A DNA stretch of 64,000 nucleotides from the human T2T-CHM13v2.0 reference genome, Homo sapiens. The notes beneath the pieces were generated by a model. It saw nothing but the letters and a program-made list of their open reading frames with translations, searched no databases and had not been told where the DNA came from. The position numbers were made by a program, and so were the translations under genes. The stretch is from assembly GCF_009914755.1 (NCBI RefSeq), contig NC_060929.1. One strand, 5' to 3'. Numbering within the stretch: position 1 is the first letter of the stretch; every line of letters starts with the position of its first letter. Positions 27,930-41,599 of this stretch are shown in pieces.

Positions 27930-28480
27930 TAACCTCCCCTTGAATGTAAGCAGAAAAGTGTTAATATAGTGGGGTATCACTCCCTTGGTTATCTTAAGTT
28001 ACATGGCAAAAGGGATTTTGCAAATGTAATTAAGGCCCCTAATCAGGAGATTTTGTTTTATCAAAAAGCTTATCAAAATTTTATCAAAAAGTTTATAAAA
28101 ATTTTCCTGGATGGTCTTGATAACCAGGTGAACCCTTAAACGAGGTTAGAGAGATCTGAGGAATGTGAAATTTTGTGGCTGGCTTTGGAGATGTAAGAAC
28201 CAGAGGACAGCCTCTAGGGGTTAAATGTGATCCCTGGAGAAAAGTCAACAGGAAACCAGAGACCTCCGTCCTACAACCACATGAGTTGAAAGAGGATGCT
28301 GAGCTTCAGAAAGGCATTCAGACCAGCTGAAGTCTGGATTTCAGCCTTATGAGACCCTGAGCAATGAACAGTGTCACACTGCCCAGACTTCTGACTGACA
28401 GAACTAGAGGTGATGAATGTGTGGTGTTTTAAGCCAATAAGATTGTGGTAATTTATTAGGCAGCAATAGAAAACTAACAC
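27930..28480 (+). mobile_element. MLT1D/E-type LTR
   Basis: gttacatggcaaaagggattttgcaaatgtaattaagg ... gtggtaatttattaggcagcaatagaaaactaacaca. Confidence 0.7.
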
Positions 28481-29079
28481 AGCTCTAATAAATCTTTTTA
28501 GTTAGACCAAATTGCTTAGGAAAAAAAGATCTCAAGGGTTCACTCAGAAAATGGGTAAAAAGATAAAAACAACTAAATTTTGAGAGAAAGTCATGTCTCA
28601 GGAAGAATTGTGGGTGTTGCTACTGGCATATGTTGTTGACTACAAGACACCAGCTAAGTTTTTAAGAGTTTTATGTCAAAATAACCACCCTTCTAGACAA
28701 AAAATAAAGATCGTAACAGTTCAAAACTTGTAGGTTGTCAACCTTCTATGGAAGATAGTGAGTGAGAGAGGTATTTAGCCCTCCATGAGGGGTTATTCTC
28801 CAAATCCCTCTTCAATTGCATCTAAGAAAGATCATGGAAAGGGAAGGACATCATCCCAGAGGGTGAAGGAGAACAATAGACAAGGAATATCCCAACCCTA
28901 CCTAGAAATCTCATGTCTGCCATACAGGATTACAGAATTGCTATGGGCCAGTGACTGCTGTGTGCCTTTCATTCTTTCCTTTTCTAAAATATAGAATTTA
29001 TTAAGATTATCCTATCTCTGTTCTGACACTGTATTTGGGGGAGAAATAAATAGATATATTATATTTTCAGCTCATGGGT

Positions 29080-29518
29080 GCAGTGATGATGTTGGTGTCT
29101 CATTCCTATAACCCTACCTTGACTCTTCCATACATACTTACCAATATCCAACTACATCACTAGAGTCCCTTGGCCTGAGGTTTCCTTCCACCAACATGGA
29201 AATCTAGAAGTGCTGAGGAATTAACCCACTTGGGAACATCCCTCAACCAATGACTGATGGGAATCAATGTATAAGTACCCAAGGTTCCCTGTCTCTCAAG
29301 TGGGATAACGTTGAGTTATCTGTCTTCACTGGCTCTCATCATTTCTCCAGTGGGAGTTAGCTCCAATTGCCCATGCCTTTTATTGGCTACCTTGGCTACC
29401 TTATGTTTTGTCTCACTTACCCAATCCTCTAATAGTTTTTTTTCATTTCCCAGATAAATCATTTGCATGTTGAGTCCCTATCTCAAGGTATCTTTCTAGA
29501 GAAACCAAACTATGACAA
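29080..29518 (+). mobile_element. LTR16-like ERVL LTR
   Basis: ccctcaaccaatgactgatggg ... cccagataaatcatttgcatg ... gaaaccaaactatgaca. Confidence 0.55.
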
Positions 29519-30732
29519 TTGTTTTCTGAATCTAGGTGCATCGTATCTGGTAAGGACCATGCAGAAATGATCACACCTCCTGAGGAGATTCTGAACTTTG
29601 ATCTTGAAGCAGAGATTCACAGAAGGCAGCAGGGGCAGTCTTTGAGGTCTCTCTTAAAGAGAAGAAGAACTTGAGTGTTTCTGCCTGAAAAGGGGGAAAA
29701 GAACTTAATGTCTGGTTACTTCAAAAATGGGCTTTCCCTCTTTGTGTTTCCCTTCCCTGTGGGAGAATAATACATCCCCACTCTAATGAATTTAGGAGCA
29801 AACTACATAACTTCTTTGGTCCATGACAGCAGGGAAGAAGTGATGATTCATTTCCTGAGAAAAGCTTCAAGAGTCAGCACACAATTTGCTACATTTCTTT
29901 CCTTTCTGCTATACATATGACAATGTTCCAGAAAGAGGTTTTTCCATCAGCTGGATCCCAGATTGAAGACTTAAAAGTAGAATCTGGCTGACTCAGGATA
30001 GACCCAAACTTCTGGAATTGTAAGACAATAAGATTTTAGTATTATTTGTTAGTGTGTCACAACCTAGCCTGTCTTGACTGATACAGTGTTCCCAAACAAG
30101 AACTTTGGGGATACAAGGAAGACACAAATACCTAAGAAAAGAGTAAAACTGAAGCTATGCCGCCATATTCTCTGAAAATGAGGATACGGCAAAGAGGAGA
30201 CTTTGGCTCCTGTGATTTGGAAAGAAAAGCAATCAGTGTGGCTATTTAGAGGCACAGTCATCATAAGAACAAGAGGGCAGAGCAAAATTATGCAAAGGCT
30301 ATCACTCAAGGAATTCAGGAGGATTTTTGTTCTCCCCACAGATGGAGTCATAAATAGCCAGAATATATTATCACAGGCAATCAGAAAATTGCTGTCAGTA
30401 ATTTTAAATGAAACTTTGGCAGTGAAATGTTGAAAAAATAAAACTCAGCATGCAAAACTCCCAGTACTCTTTTGTATGTTTTTTAGGGTTTTGGGATCAG
30501 GGAACCTGTATCAAGCACTGGCTCTGGCTAATTTAAATAGAAAAATGATTTGTTATGGTGATATTGGATAGGTCTTGTATCTCACAGAGAGTGGAGATCT
30601 GAATTGAGAAGCTATGCAGCCAAGGATAATATCTTAAAATCACTGTACATATTGGCCCAGTTTAGATACCAGTTTATAGTTGCCACGGATGAGGACAGGC
30701 CCAGCAGCTTATACCGCCAATATTATGGGAGG

Positions 30733-31137
30733 TGCTATGGTTTGGAATGTTTGCCCCCTCCAAAACTCATACTGAAATGTAGTCCCCAATGTGGCAGTAT
30801 TGAGAAGTGAGGCCTTTAAGAGGCGATTGAGTAATGAGGGTTCATGGGTTAATATGTTAATGGATTAATGGTTTATGACAAGAGTGGCACCTGTGGCTTT
30901 ATAAGAAGAGAGAGAGCGGAGTAGCACACTCAGCCCCCTCACCACGTGATGTTTTGTGCCATTTTGGGATTCCTCAGAGAATCTCCACCACAAGAAGATT
31001 CTTCACCAGCCCACCAGTTGTGACCCCTTGACCTTGGACTGCTCAGCCCTCATAACTGCAAGAAATAAATTCCTTTTCTTTATAAATTACCCAGCTTTAG
31101 GTATTCTATTATAAGCAACACAAAATGAACTGAGACA
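30733..31137 (+). mobile_element. MSTC/MSTD-type MaLR LTR
   Basis: tgctatggtttggaatgtttgcccctccaaaactcat ... ataagcaacacaaaatgaactgagaca. Confidence 0.85.
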
Positions 31138-31178
31138 GGTGATGACATTGAAACTGGAATTTAGATGAAGCCAATGCA

Positions 31179-31522
31179 GCATTTTCCATCCCCTCCTTGC
31201 TGGCGTGTTCCACACCAAGGACAGCTCCAAGGTGCCACTAACCTCTGCTACTACCAAAACTGCTGATGGCTCCCAAACGTTTTTGAGGGGTGTTTGGTCA
31301 GAAAAGCAAATTGAGGCAGTTGCAATTCTCTGCTAGTTTCAGCAATAGGGTCTTCTTTGTGAAACCACTGGTAACTGGAATTCATTTCTCCACAGTTTCT
31401 GTTTGGAAAAATCATGAAGCCTTGAAGCCCAACCATATGTAGAGTTCATTTTAAAAGTTTCTCAAACCAGATTATGTTCCAGGCAACCTTTTACCAGAGA
31501 AAAAATATTTAAAAGGTAAGCA
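31179..31522 (+). repeat. Direct duplicate (copy 1) of 33904-34259
   Basis: Shared blocks such as gtgaaaccactggtaactggaat and ttttaccagagaaaaaatatttaaaaggtaa; roughly 85-90% identical with small indels (estimated by eye). Confidence 0.92.
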
Positions 31523-32879
31523 CCATTACCACAACTAACTCATCCCCACAAAAGATTTGGCATGGCCTGTGTTTCTGGTGTCACTAGCTTATCGCTCATA
31601 GTTTGGGGTGGGTACACATGAAGGTCAAACTCAGTGCCATACACAAGGGATCCTAGAAAAAGTTCGTTCATTTTTATTTTTTATACTGAAAAGTAGATTC
31701 TGTCTCAAAGATGGAGGAGTCTTCACAAAGAGGAAAGGGGTTCAGATATCAGGTCAACAAGAATGACAGACAGCTACTCTAAGGCCACATCTCTCACATG
31801 GAGAGCAAATAAGGTGCAGTTAAAAGGACCCAGACTTGGATTCAATTCCTGCTCTTTTCATCCTAATTGTGTGAACTTTCTCACAGCTGGGCCTCACCTT
31901 GTTATCCACAAAATGGGTGACTGCTGTCGTTATGATTGCTACCTATTTATATCCCCCTATGTATCTTTCTATCTGTTTGTAACAGACTCATCTTAAGGGC
32001 ATTGCTGCAAATTATGTCTGCAAAAGTCACAGACAGTGGTCACAGTACAGTGACCACATGTGAGCCACAAACATGTTTGAATTGGCCCATCATGCTCCTG
32101 AAATGTTTTAATTGTCAACCACAAAATATCACCAAAGATATAGATTTACCTGTGTTTTATAAGTAGAGATCAGATATTCTGATTTTTCTTTTCTTTATAT
32201 ATAAAAAGGGTGCAGCTTTCACCACACACCCCTCACCCGCTTTGCTAAAACCATCTTCCTATTTTTTTCTATCTTCCAGTGTCAGTCATATAAATGACAT
32301 AGAAGGAAGCTTCCTGGACTTGATCACCAGGACTTGAGTTTGACTTTCAGCTCTTCCACCTTCCAGTTGTGTGACTTAGGGACAGTGACCTAATTTTTTA
32401 AGTTTTAATTTCTTTATCTTTCAGAATGACTGTAAATACCCTTTAGAATTGGTAAACACATGCAAGGAAAGGGCACCAGAAGCCCTTTAGTCACTCATTA
32501 TTAAGCTGTCAGGGATTTTCCCAGTCTCACATCCTGCCATGACTCTCCTCATAGTCTATTATTTGGCAACACTTCACTCCCCTCTCTCTCTCCCTCTCTC
32601 GCTCTCACTCTCTCTCTTCATGGTAATATACTGTCCTTTTCCAAATTCTGTTCCTGCTCTCTGGATTGTCTTCTTCTCTCTTCAACTTTTTTCAAGGGCA
32701 TCTCCTCCACGAAGCTCTCCATGATCCCCTGGGCTAAATTTGTTGCTCTTGGAGCTCATGGGGTTCCCTGACTCTTTATGTCATGCTACCATTATTTCAC
32801 AGTTCTATAAGTTATCTGTCCATCCATGTCCCACTAGACTGAGCACCTTGGATGGTGGGGTCTTGTAGCAAGATCAAGG

Positions 32880-33250
32880 AGAAAATAAACCTAAGCTACT
32901 TGGGAGAATCTCCAAATAATAATCGTGAGTCAAAAGGTATGTTACAGAAGAATATACACAGAATGAATAATATTTATATTCAAATTTTTAAACATGCAAG
33001 AATGTTGTATATGTTTTAGAAATATACATATGTGGCAAAAATAAAAAGATAAGCATTGGAAAAATAAACAAAATTTATAGGTTTCCTGGCAAAGAGACAT
33101 GAGATATACAATCAGAGTGGCTGTGGAGAGAGAGAGACTTGTCTACCCAGAAAGCTTTATTTTTATATGTAATATTCTATTTCTTAAATCTGGGTGTTAT
33201 ATGACTATACTTTTGCGTGTATGTTAAACATGTTTAAATAAATTTTAAGA
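32880..33250 (+). mobile_element. L1ME-like 3' fragment
   Basis: AT-rich, 'tatgtaatattctatttcttaaatctgggtg'. Confidence 0.4.
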
Positions 33251-33257
33251 TGAAAGT

Positions 33258-33485
33258 AAAGAGCATGGGATTTGGAGTTAAAAAGATCCTGTCTCTGTTA
33301 CTGTCAGTGAGATCCTAGGCAAGTTACCTTTTGAGCCTCAGTTTCCTCATCCATGAAATGGGAATTAGAGTTGTTCTTTAGGATTTTGTGGAAATTATAA
33401 GAGATTACATCTACTAAGTGAGTGTCCCGTGCAGGATCTAGCAGAGATCAAGCGCTCAGGAAATGTATGTTGAATAAATTAACAA
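33258..33485 (+). mobile_element. MIR
   Basis: ggcaagttaccttttgagcctcagtttcctcatccatgaaatgggaat. Confidence 0.7.
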
Positions 33486-33903
33486 ATATTAGAAACCATG
33501 TAAGATGCTTTAAAATGTTTCTGGGGGTGCTTACTTGTTTAGCACCTTAATGTTATTAAAGTAAAAGAAGTAAAAGCATCATAACTGTCTGATTAGTAAA
33601 TACTTGACTGTTGAAAGTAGAAAAAAAAGCATCAAGACCCCTAACTATTCTCTTCATTTCCAAAGATCATTCCCAATATTTAAGCCTGTATTGTGAAAAT
33701 AAAGCATAACTCCTTCAGAAGAAGGATCACAGTGTAAGGAAGGGGGGCTTCAAACAGGAGGCACAGACTCCTTAGAGATGCCTCTTGCTGCCAATCACCT
33801 CTCCTCTACCCTTGACCAGGAAACCTCTTCAGAAACTCACAGAATGACAGGCGGTCAGCATACACCTTCTCTGTGTGCAGAGAAGGGGACAGGTCCCACT
33901 GTG

Positions 33904-34259
33904 GCATTTCCCATCCCCGCCTTGCTGTTGTGTCTGTTTCAGCACCAAGGACAGTTCCAAGGTACAGCTAACCTCTGCTACCAAAACTGCTGAAGGCTCC
34001 CAAATGTTTTGAGGGGTGTTTGGTCAGTAAATCAAATTGAGTCAGCTGCAACCAACCTCTGTAATTCTCTGCTAGGTTCAGCAATAGAGTCTTCTTAGTG
34101 AAACCACTGGTAACTGGAATCCATTTCTCCACAGTTTCTTTGGAAAAACCGTGAAGCCTTGAAACCCAACCATACTGGAGAGTTCATTTTTAAGTTTCTC
34201 AAACCAGTTTATGTGTCAGGAAACATTTTACCAGAGAAAAAATATTTAAAAGGTAAACA
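33904..34259 (+). repeat. Direct duplicate (copy 2, probable source) of 31179-31522
   Basis: Aligns to copy 1 over its full length. Confidence 0.92.
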
Positions 34260-34299
34260 TCTAAATGTATAAATACATATTTTTCAAGTTAAATACAAG

Positions 34300-35220
34300 A
34301 AACAGCCCTGAGACAGAGGATAGCAGAGTTAGAGCAGTGATTTAGGATTGGTGGGCCAGAAAAAGGCTCTCTGAGGAGCTGATATTGAATTTGGATTAAA
34401 AGTTTCTGGCCATGCAAAGATTAAGCAAGCACAGCCATGCAGAGAAACTGTGTGCAGAGGCCTGAGGGAGGAAACAACTGGCCTCTGGGGAGAAAGCATT
34501 TCCATAAGAAGGAATAGAAAGTGCAAAAGCTCTGAAACCAGAAAGAGGTTGCCTGTTTGATTAACAGAATGAGAGAAATGTAGCCTCATGGCTTCCAGCA
34601 AGATGAAGAAGTCATGCAATAAGGTCAGAAAGGTTGGCCAGGACCAGAACAAGTAAAGTCTTAAGTGCCATGGTTTACAGGGGATTTTTTTCAACAAGCG
34701 ATGAGAAGAGGTTGAAATAACTTAAGCAGAGATGTGATAGAATCACATTTATGCTTTAAAAAAATCACTATTGCTGTTGCCTGGAGAATGTGCTGAGAGG
34801 AGGCAACCAGTAGAAATAGTTTAAGTGGTAAGTGGGGTTATCTTGGTGAGAGGTGAGCCTGGTATGGATGGGGTAGGGAGTTGAGGCAGACAGAAGTATG
34901 CGGATTCCGGAAGTACTTTGGAGATTGAACAAATAAATCTTGTTAGTATATTTGATATGAGGGTGAGAGAAAAAGAAAAGATTAAAGATGAGTTTGGGTC
35001 TTCTCATTTGAGCAAGTGAGAAAATGGAGATACCTTGAAATGACCTGGGCAAAGTTGATGCAGAGAGAATAAATTGATAGAAGACCAGGAGTTCCATTTG
35101 GAGCATGTTAGGCTTGAACAGAACAGCATCCAGGCAAAGGTCTGATTGTATAAAGGTCTGGCTGGTTGTATAAACTGGGAGCTCACCTTGGGTTGGACAT
35201 TCACTCAGGCATCATTGTGC
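34300..35220 (-). mobile_element. L2 fragment
   Basis: Purine-rich L2-like tract (atgtgatagaatcacatttatgctttaaaaaaatcact ... accaggagttccatttggagcatgtta). Confidence 0.6.
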
Positions 35221-35227
35221 TTAGCAT

Positions 35228-35450
35228 AGGGGTTCTTATTGGAAAGGGGAGCATTTTGTCTCCCAAAAGACATTTACCAATGTCTGGAGATATTTTTGTT
35301 TATCACAACTGAGAGGAAAAGGGATGCACCTAGCATCCCTTAGGTAGAGGCCAACAGTGCTGCTAAGTGCCCTGTAATGCACAGAACAGCACCCACAACA
35401 AATAATAATTCCACCCAAAATGATAATGGTGCCGAAGTTGAGAAACCCCG
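35228..35450. mobile_element. MER20 hAT DNA transposon
   Basis: caatgtctggagatatttttgtttatcacaactg ... aatgcacagaacagcacccacaac ... gttgagaaacccc. Confidence 0.8.
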
Positions 35451-35604
35451 GTTTAGAGCTTAGACATGTGCTACTTCCCCTAAGGAGGAGTGTTCATAGG
35501 CAAGAGAAGACAACTCAGGACTGCTCAAACTCTCTCTGTTGGCCACCTCAATCCTTTTGCTCCAACTGTAGACTTAGCTTTCTCATCATCTAGCTTTAAA
35601 GAAA

Positions 35605-35805
35605 GCACTCAAGCTTTAGAGTCAGACAAATTTGAGTTTAGATCTCAGCTCTACCACTAATCATGTGACTGGGCAAGTAACTTAACTTCTCTGAGTTTCA
35701 GAGAATAATAGTATTGCCTCCTGGGTTCGTGACAAGGGAAATGAGCTGATTATAATGTGGCAGGACATTGTCTACAACCCATAAACACTCAACAGATGAT
35801 TATAT
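35605..35805 (+). mobile_element. MIR
   Basis: tgtgactgggcaagtaacttaacttctctgagtttcag. Confidence 0.65.
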
Positions 35806-36834
35806 TCCCACGTGTGGCCTAGCTTTAATTTTGTGTTTTTCTGAAACGTCTATGCCCCCTCACAACTATCCTCTCACCCCAGACTGCCGTCTCTGAGCTG
35901 TGCCCTGTGCAGACCTTTGTATGCCACATTTTGCACTGCAAGCATCTATTTATGAGCCTGTCCACCCCTGCTCAGCAGTGAGTATGAAGCCAACTCTACA
36001 CATGTTCATAGGCCGCTGTAATTTTCCCATACACAAAATCATACCCTTTATATTCACTCTCCCCTTTAACCCACATGTCAGCCCAGGGAAACATGTTCTG
36101 GTGTTCTTGGTTTACAACGGCAGTCAGCAGGGCTCAGTTTAGAAAACAAACTAAACAACCCCAAACATATCCCTTCTGCACTAAACCAAGTCAAGATGCA
36201 ATCCCCACTCCATACAGCCTCTTAAAAGTTGCTTGACACCTGCCCTGGAAACCCAAGTAAAGGTGTCAACCACCATCCCCAGGCAACTTTGGTTTGTGGA
36301 TCCAGAGTGTCATGGGGCAAGGGAAGGCCAGCTCTGGGTTCTCCCTGCTCAGCACCACTGCCTGCCCAGCCCCAGGCAGGCTCCTTGGAAAGCCAGGATT
36401 CTGTCTTGCTGAGACAGCTTCAGCTAAGCCACTATGGTCTCTTGGCCCAGCAGGCCTTAATGATGTCACTTAGACCTGGGCGCAAATTTGCTGAGCCCAT
36501 GACATCACAAAATCCTCTTCCCAGGGCCTAAGGAAAAAAACAGAAGCTTTCCAGGGTACTGGCTGCTTACAAAAAAGGGAGAGGGCTGGAGAGTTTATTA
36601 TTTGGGTCTCTAATGAAAAACCTGAAAGGAGTCATTAAAGGACCCTGAATTTTGGAAAAGATCTTTGTGGAAAGATAAAAAATAACTTTTATTCTCTAGC
36701 TTTTCCAAGTCTCAGCTTCCTCCTTAAATGCAGGAAAATAATAATTATTTCCTTAAAGAAACAGCTGTGAGGTTTCATGAGCAAACATATATTAAAAACA
36801 TATAATGTCCAGCATCAAAAAGGGAGTTGGCAAA

Positions 36835-37208
36835 TGGTATGGTTTGGCCTTGTCCCCACCCAAATCTCATCTTGAATTATAGTTCCCAAAATCCCCATGT
36901 GTCATGGGAGGGGCCTGGTGGGAGGTAATTGAATCGTGGGAGCAGTTACCCTTATGCTGTTGTCATGATAGTGAGTTCTCACGAGATCTAATGGTTTTAT
37001 AAGGGGCTGTTTCCCCTTTGCTCGGCACTTCTCTCTCCCACCACCTTGTGAAGAAGGTGCATTGCTTCCCCTTCATCCTCTGCCATGATTGTAAGTTTTC
37101 TGAGGCCTCCCCAGCCTTGCAGAACTGTGAGTCAGTTAAACCTCTCTTCTTTATAAATGACCCAGTTTTGGATATTTCTTCATAGCAGCATGAGAACAGA
37201 CTAATACA
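36835..37208 (+). mobile_element. THE1C/D-type solo LTR
   Basis: tggtatggtttggccttgtccccacccaaatctcatcttgaatt ... gagaacagactaataca. Confidence 0.9.
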
Positions 37209-37834
37209 CAAAGAACAGTCATTTTATTTAATTTCAACTTATTAAATAGTGTGTATTTATTGAAGAAAAATTAGATAATGTAGATAATTCAATAAAAATA
37301 AGAAAAGCCAACCACAAGCCCACCATCCTAAGATAATCACTGTTAGGCTTCTAAACAGGTCCTTTCAAACATTTTTTCTATGCATGAATATGCAGACACC
37401 TGATTCAAAAACATGAGATCATGCCACTATCAGAGGCTTTCACCATAAGAGAAGAAAGCCCACACGTTCCAGAAGGCCCACTGTATCACTTCAGGCCCAT
37501 ATATGTGTACATGGGCTTAACTTTGCCCTCTGCCTTAATGTGAGTTGGCATTAAGCAAAATTAGATTAGTATCCTCCAGACAAAGACAATTTACCTAAAC
37601 AGCAAGGTTCAGTTCACAGTAGCTGCAAATAGAATGACTCTTGTAAGCTTATTTGAATTGAGGCATCAAATTCCTTTGAAACTAGGTCATCTTGTGGAAG
37701 TGCAAGTCCATCCTTGCTTGGTGTGCCTGGAGAAAGGCAGAGGAGCTTTGGCAATCCCTAAGGAGTGTACTTCATGCAATGGGAATCACTTGCAGGCACT
37801 AGTGGGAACAGCCAGGGATGCTCACATTCACTAA

Positions 37835-37960
37835 CACTTACTATGTGAGAGGTACTTTGTGGTCTTCATTCATTTAATCTTTACATCTTTATGAGGCTGG
37901 TACTATTACTGTCCACATTTTACAAATGGGAAAATTGAGGTACAGAGAATAAAGGGAACC
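37835..37960 (-). mobile_element. MIR
   Basis: cacattttacaaatgggaaaattgaggtacagaga. Confidence 0.6.
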
Positions 37961-38786
37961 CTAAGATCTGTTTCATCCCAGAATTGCTCATGGGACCTTG
38001 GGCAACTCATTTAACCTCTCTGAGCCTCTGTTGGCTAATCTTGCAGGGGGAACTGCAATTCATTTACAGTTCTCAGCACAGACAAGGAGCTGAAAATATA
38101 TTAGATTATATCCTTTATCTTTTTCAGAAAATGCTTGGCAAAATTTTAACACTGCTCCCCCTTCCCCAGCCCCCAGGACTAGAAACACAATTTAATTCAT
38201 TTAATCAAACCTGTCATTAGCTCTCTTCCTGGCCACAGGTGTGTGGCCATGGTCTGGAGCCTCATTAGTAGGTCCATGGTATTAGGGCTTGGGGCCATAC
38301 CAAGAGCTGCCAAGTATAGCAGGCCACAGTTTCCATGGCCTTAGAGTGAGCTATTTCCTGTTTAATTTTCACTTGTCCACAAAGGCTATCAACTGCTTGG
38401 GAAGCAGAAAAATATCATATCATTCTAGAAAATCCGAGAATGAAATCAACTGAGAACAAGTATTTTTTCCCTCTTAGGCACCCAGAAGTTCCAGAATAAT
38501 ACATAAAGGAAACCAGTGCTAAAATACTGAGGTCATGGAGCAGTGGAAAGTCCATGGGGTTGTAGGCATTTACCTCTCTCTGCCCCAAGCTGGAGGGGCC
38601 CCCAGAACCCTCATGGTGGGGCTCTTACTTTCCTCTAAACTCCTCTGCACCATCATGGGACTGTGAGAGGAGAGAGGACTGTGAGGCTCAATGGAAGCCC
38701 AGCCTCCAGCCCCATCCTCTGGGAATTAAGAGCCCCTTTATCACCATCTGTACTTGTTCATTCGATGAATGCTCTTGTGTTTAAGG

Positions 38787-39103
38787 TGTTTGTTTGTTTG
38801 TTTGGAGACAGAGTCTCGCTCTGTCGTCCAGGCTGGAGTGCAGTGGCACGATCTTGGCTCACTGCAACCTCTGCCTCCTGGGTTCAAGCGATTCTCCTGC
38901 ATAGCTGGGATTGCAGGCACTTGCTCCTGAGTAGCTGGGATTACAGGCATGCGCCATCACGCCCAGCTAATTTTTGTATTTTTAGTAGAGACGGGGTTTC
39001 GCCATGTTAGCCAGGCTGGTCTCAAACTTCTGACCTCAATTGATCCGCCTGCCTCGGTCTCCCAAAGTGCTAGTGTTACAGGCGTGAGACACGATGCCCA
39101 GCC
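38787..39103 (-). mobile_element. AluS with an internal rearrangement
   Basis: Antisense Alu; tagctgggatt(g/a)caggca occurs twice; approximate TSD tgtttaa(g/a)gt. Confidence 0.9.
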
Positions 39104-40342
39104 TGTTTAAAGTTTTGATCATGTAGAGTCAGCCAGATTGAAAATACAGCTGTTCTCTGGGCAAGTGCAACCTGTCATCTGAAAGGAGAGAACATTTCTC
39201 CTTCCTACCATCAGTTACCTAGGGAGTAAAAAAGGCCTCCAGAATGAGAACTGAGAGGGCTATCCCTGCATTGGCAGCAGAAGTAGAATCTATGCCATAA
39301 TCAAGAGGCATCAAGAAGTTCGGGAAGGGCTCCTGGTTAATGGGAGTGAGGCAGTGGGGAGAGGTTGCCGTGGCAACAGGACCCAGCTGTGGGAAACATG
39401 TGGCAGCCTGGGACACCAGAGCCCAGGCAGAGTCCAGAGAACCCTGTGGGGTCCATAGATGGATGTCCCAGGAAGCCCCTGGAAGAGACAGACTTAGGGC
39501 CTAGAAAGGAGCACCTCATGGACCCCACCCCTGTGTGGGCAGCCATGGCTCTGGGAAGTAAAATACCTGATTGGTTCTCTCATTATAAATTGTTTACTTT
39601 CGGTAGCAGAAATAAACCTCAGTTCTCAAACTCAGATGTACAAGAAATGTAGCCCCATTTTTTGTATATGTTTTCATTCTATTCCAGCACCCATTCCACG
39701 GGGGTGGCAGAAGCTTGATCTCAGCAAATTGAAGCCCTTTCCTATCTCCAGGGTGGGACTGAAGCTCCAGGAGGTTTATGTAATTCCAAGGACCCAAGGA
39801 TTAAAGACACATTGGTTCTCACTGACATCGGTCCCTTCAGGGGACTGCTGCCAGGACCAAGGCCCCTCTTGTTCTGGAGGTCTCTCTCTGACCTGTGGGC
39901 TCCTCTCTGGGGTGCAGGAGTCACCTCCTTGTCATGGAGTTCCAGGGATCTACCTGAATGCTCAGCTGTAACCATAAATTTATTTCTTCTCTCCAGTATT
40001 GCCACCTCACTAGGATGAGGCCTGAGTCTGCTCTGCCCTTGAGTCTAAAAATCACATCTAGAAGTCCCCTAAACCTTGGTTTGGTAATGAAACAGGGTCC
40101 AGGATTCTTCCTTGGGGCCCCAAAATATCGATGCATTCTTTTGTTTGCTTCCTTGACAGCTCCAGCCTCTCCCCACAGTCTGGGAAGTGTCCTGCTGGTC
40201 TGGGAATGTCATGGCTCTTCCCTACGCATCTCATTTACTGCTTGTCTGGGCTCAGAAGCCCTTTGCACTCCCTAGAGAAGGACAGGAAACTCAAAAGGTG
40301 AAAATCAATTTTTCTTTTATTCTCTGACTTTCTTCCATGTCA

Positions 40343-40660
<318 letters not shown>

Positions 40661-40669
40661 AGACAAGAT

Positions 40670-40743
40670 GGAAAGGAAAGGAAAGGAAAGGAAAGGAAAG
40701 GAAAGGAAAGGAAAGGAAAGGAAAGGAAAGGAAAGGAAAGGAA
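40670..40743. repeat. (GGAAA)14 microsatellite at the Alu tail
   Basis: Perfect pentamer run. Confidence 0.95.
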
Positions 40744-41599
40744 GAGAAAGAAAGGAGTTGTAGCAGAAGCCAACACTGGGAACCAAAATAAAAACACCAG
40801 AGATGTGTGTGTGTGATATTCTGCTTTATTTACTACTATACTCAGCTCTGCTGGCTGCATAACGAAACTCCACCTGCTCCTGGTGGTGGGGATTTTCCCA
40901 AACTCACCTGACCTCAACACCAACACACACTGCTATACGGCTTTAGCAGGGCACTACTGGGACCTGGCCCATCAAGCACACTTTGCTCCTTCCTTTCTCA
41001 GACACAGGAACAACAGAGCCTGAGGCCCGAGAATTGCCGACTGCAACCCCCTCTCCTCCTCAAGGCTGCGTTGTAGTCAGCCACTCCCTCTACCTCGGCA
41101 CCCTTCTCTCTTTCAACCCCTTCTTTGTCGAATTATCACCGATGATCTGGCTGTGACTATGCTGCCCCCAGGTTTACTTCTCTGGATCTTTATCAATGTG
41201 TTTGGAGGGGCTGGACCATCTCTGAAAACTCAGAGGCCCCAGGGCCAAGGTCTGTGCTGTGTAGAGATCACAGCATTAAAGGTGGACAGCAGCCCTCAGG
41301 CAGTGGAGAACCCAGTGGGGTCAGAGCCAGAAACTCCAATGGTCAACTCCTTCATGCAGCCCACGGCTCCTCTATGCAGAGGAAACTGTAGTGTTTGGGG
41401 TCTCCTCTCACTAAAAAAAATAGCGTTTCCTCCAGTCTCCTGGAAACTGAACCCATGGCTGAAATAAAGCCCTGAAGTAAAATTGGCCAGTCAATACTGG
41501 TTAGTTTTTCTTCTTCTTCTGGGAATATTTATGCACCAAAGACATCAAGAGCCGCAGAGAAGGACCCAGGCAAACTAATTAATTTTGGTAACAAGAGCT

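Larger units (their letters stand above)
30480..31780 (-). mobile_element. Ancient MLT1N-like LTR interrupted by an MST LTR and a duplicated segment
   Basis: ctctggctaatttaaatagaaaaatgatttgttatggtgatattggatag and aggaaaggggttcagatatcagg resemble the two ends of the recalled consensus. Confidence 0.45.

Noticed and set aside
40670-40743. EWS-FLI1-type GGAA microsatellite
   Set aside because: The unit is GGAAA (pentamer), not GGAA; it is an ordinary Alu-tail-associated repeat.
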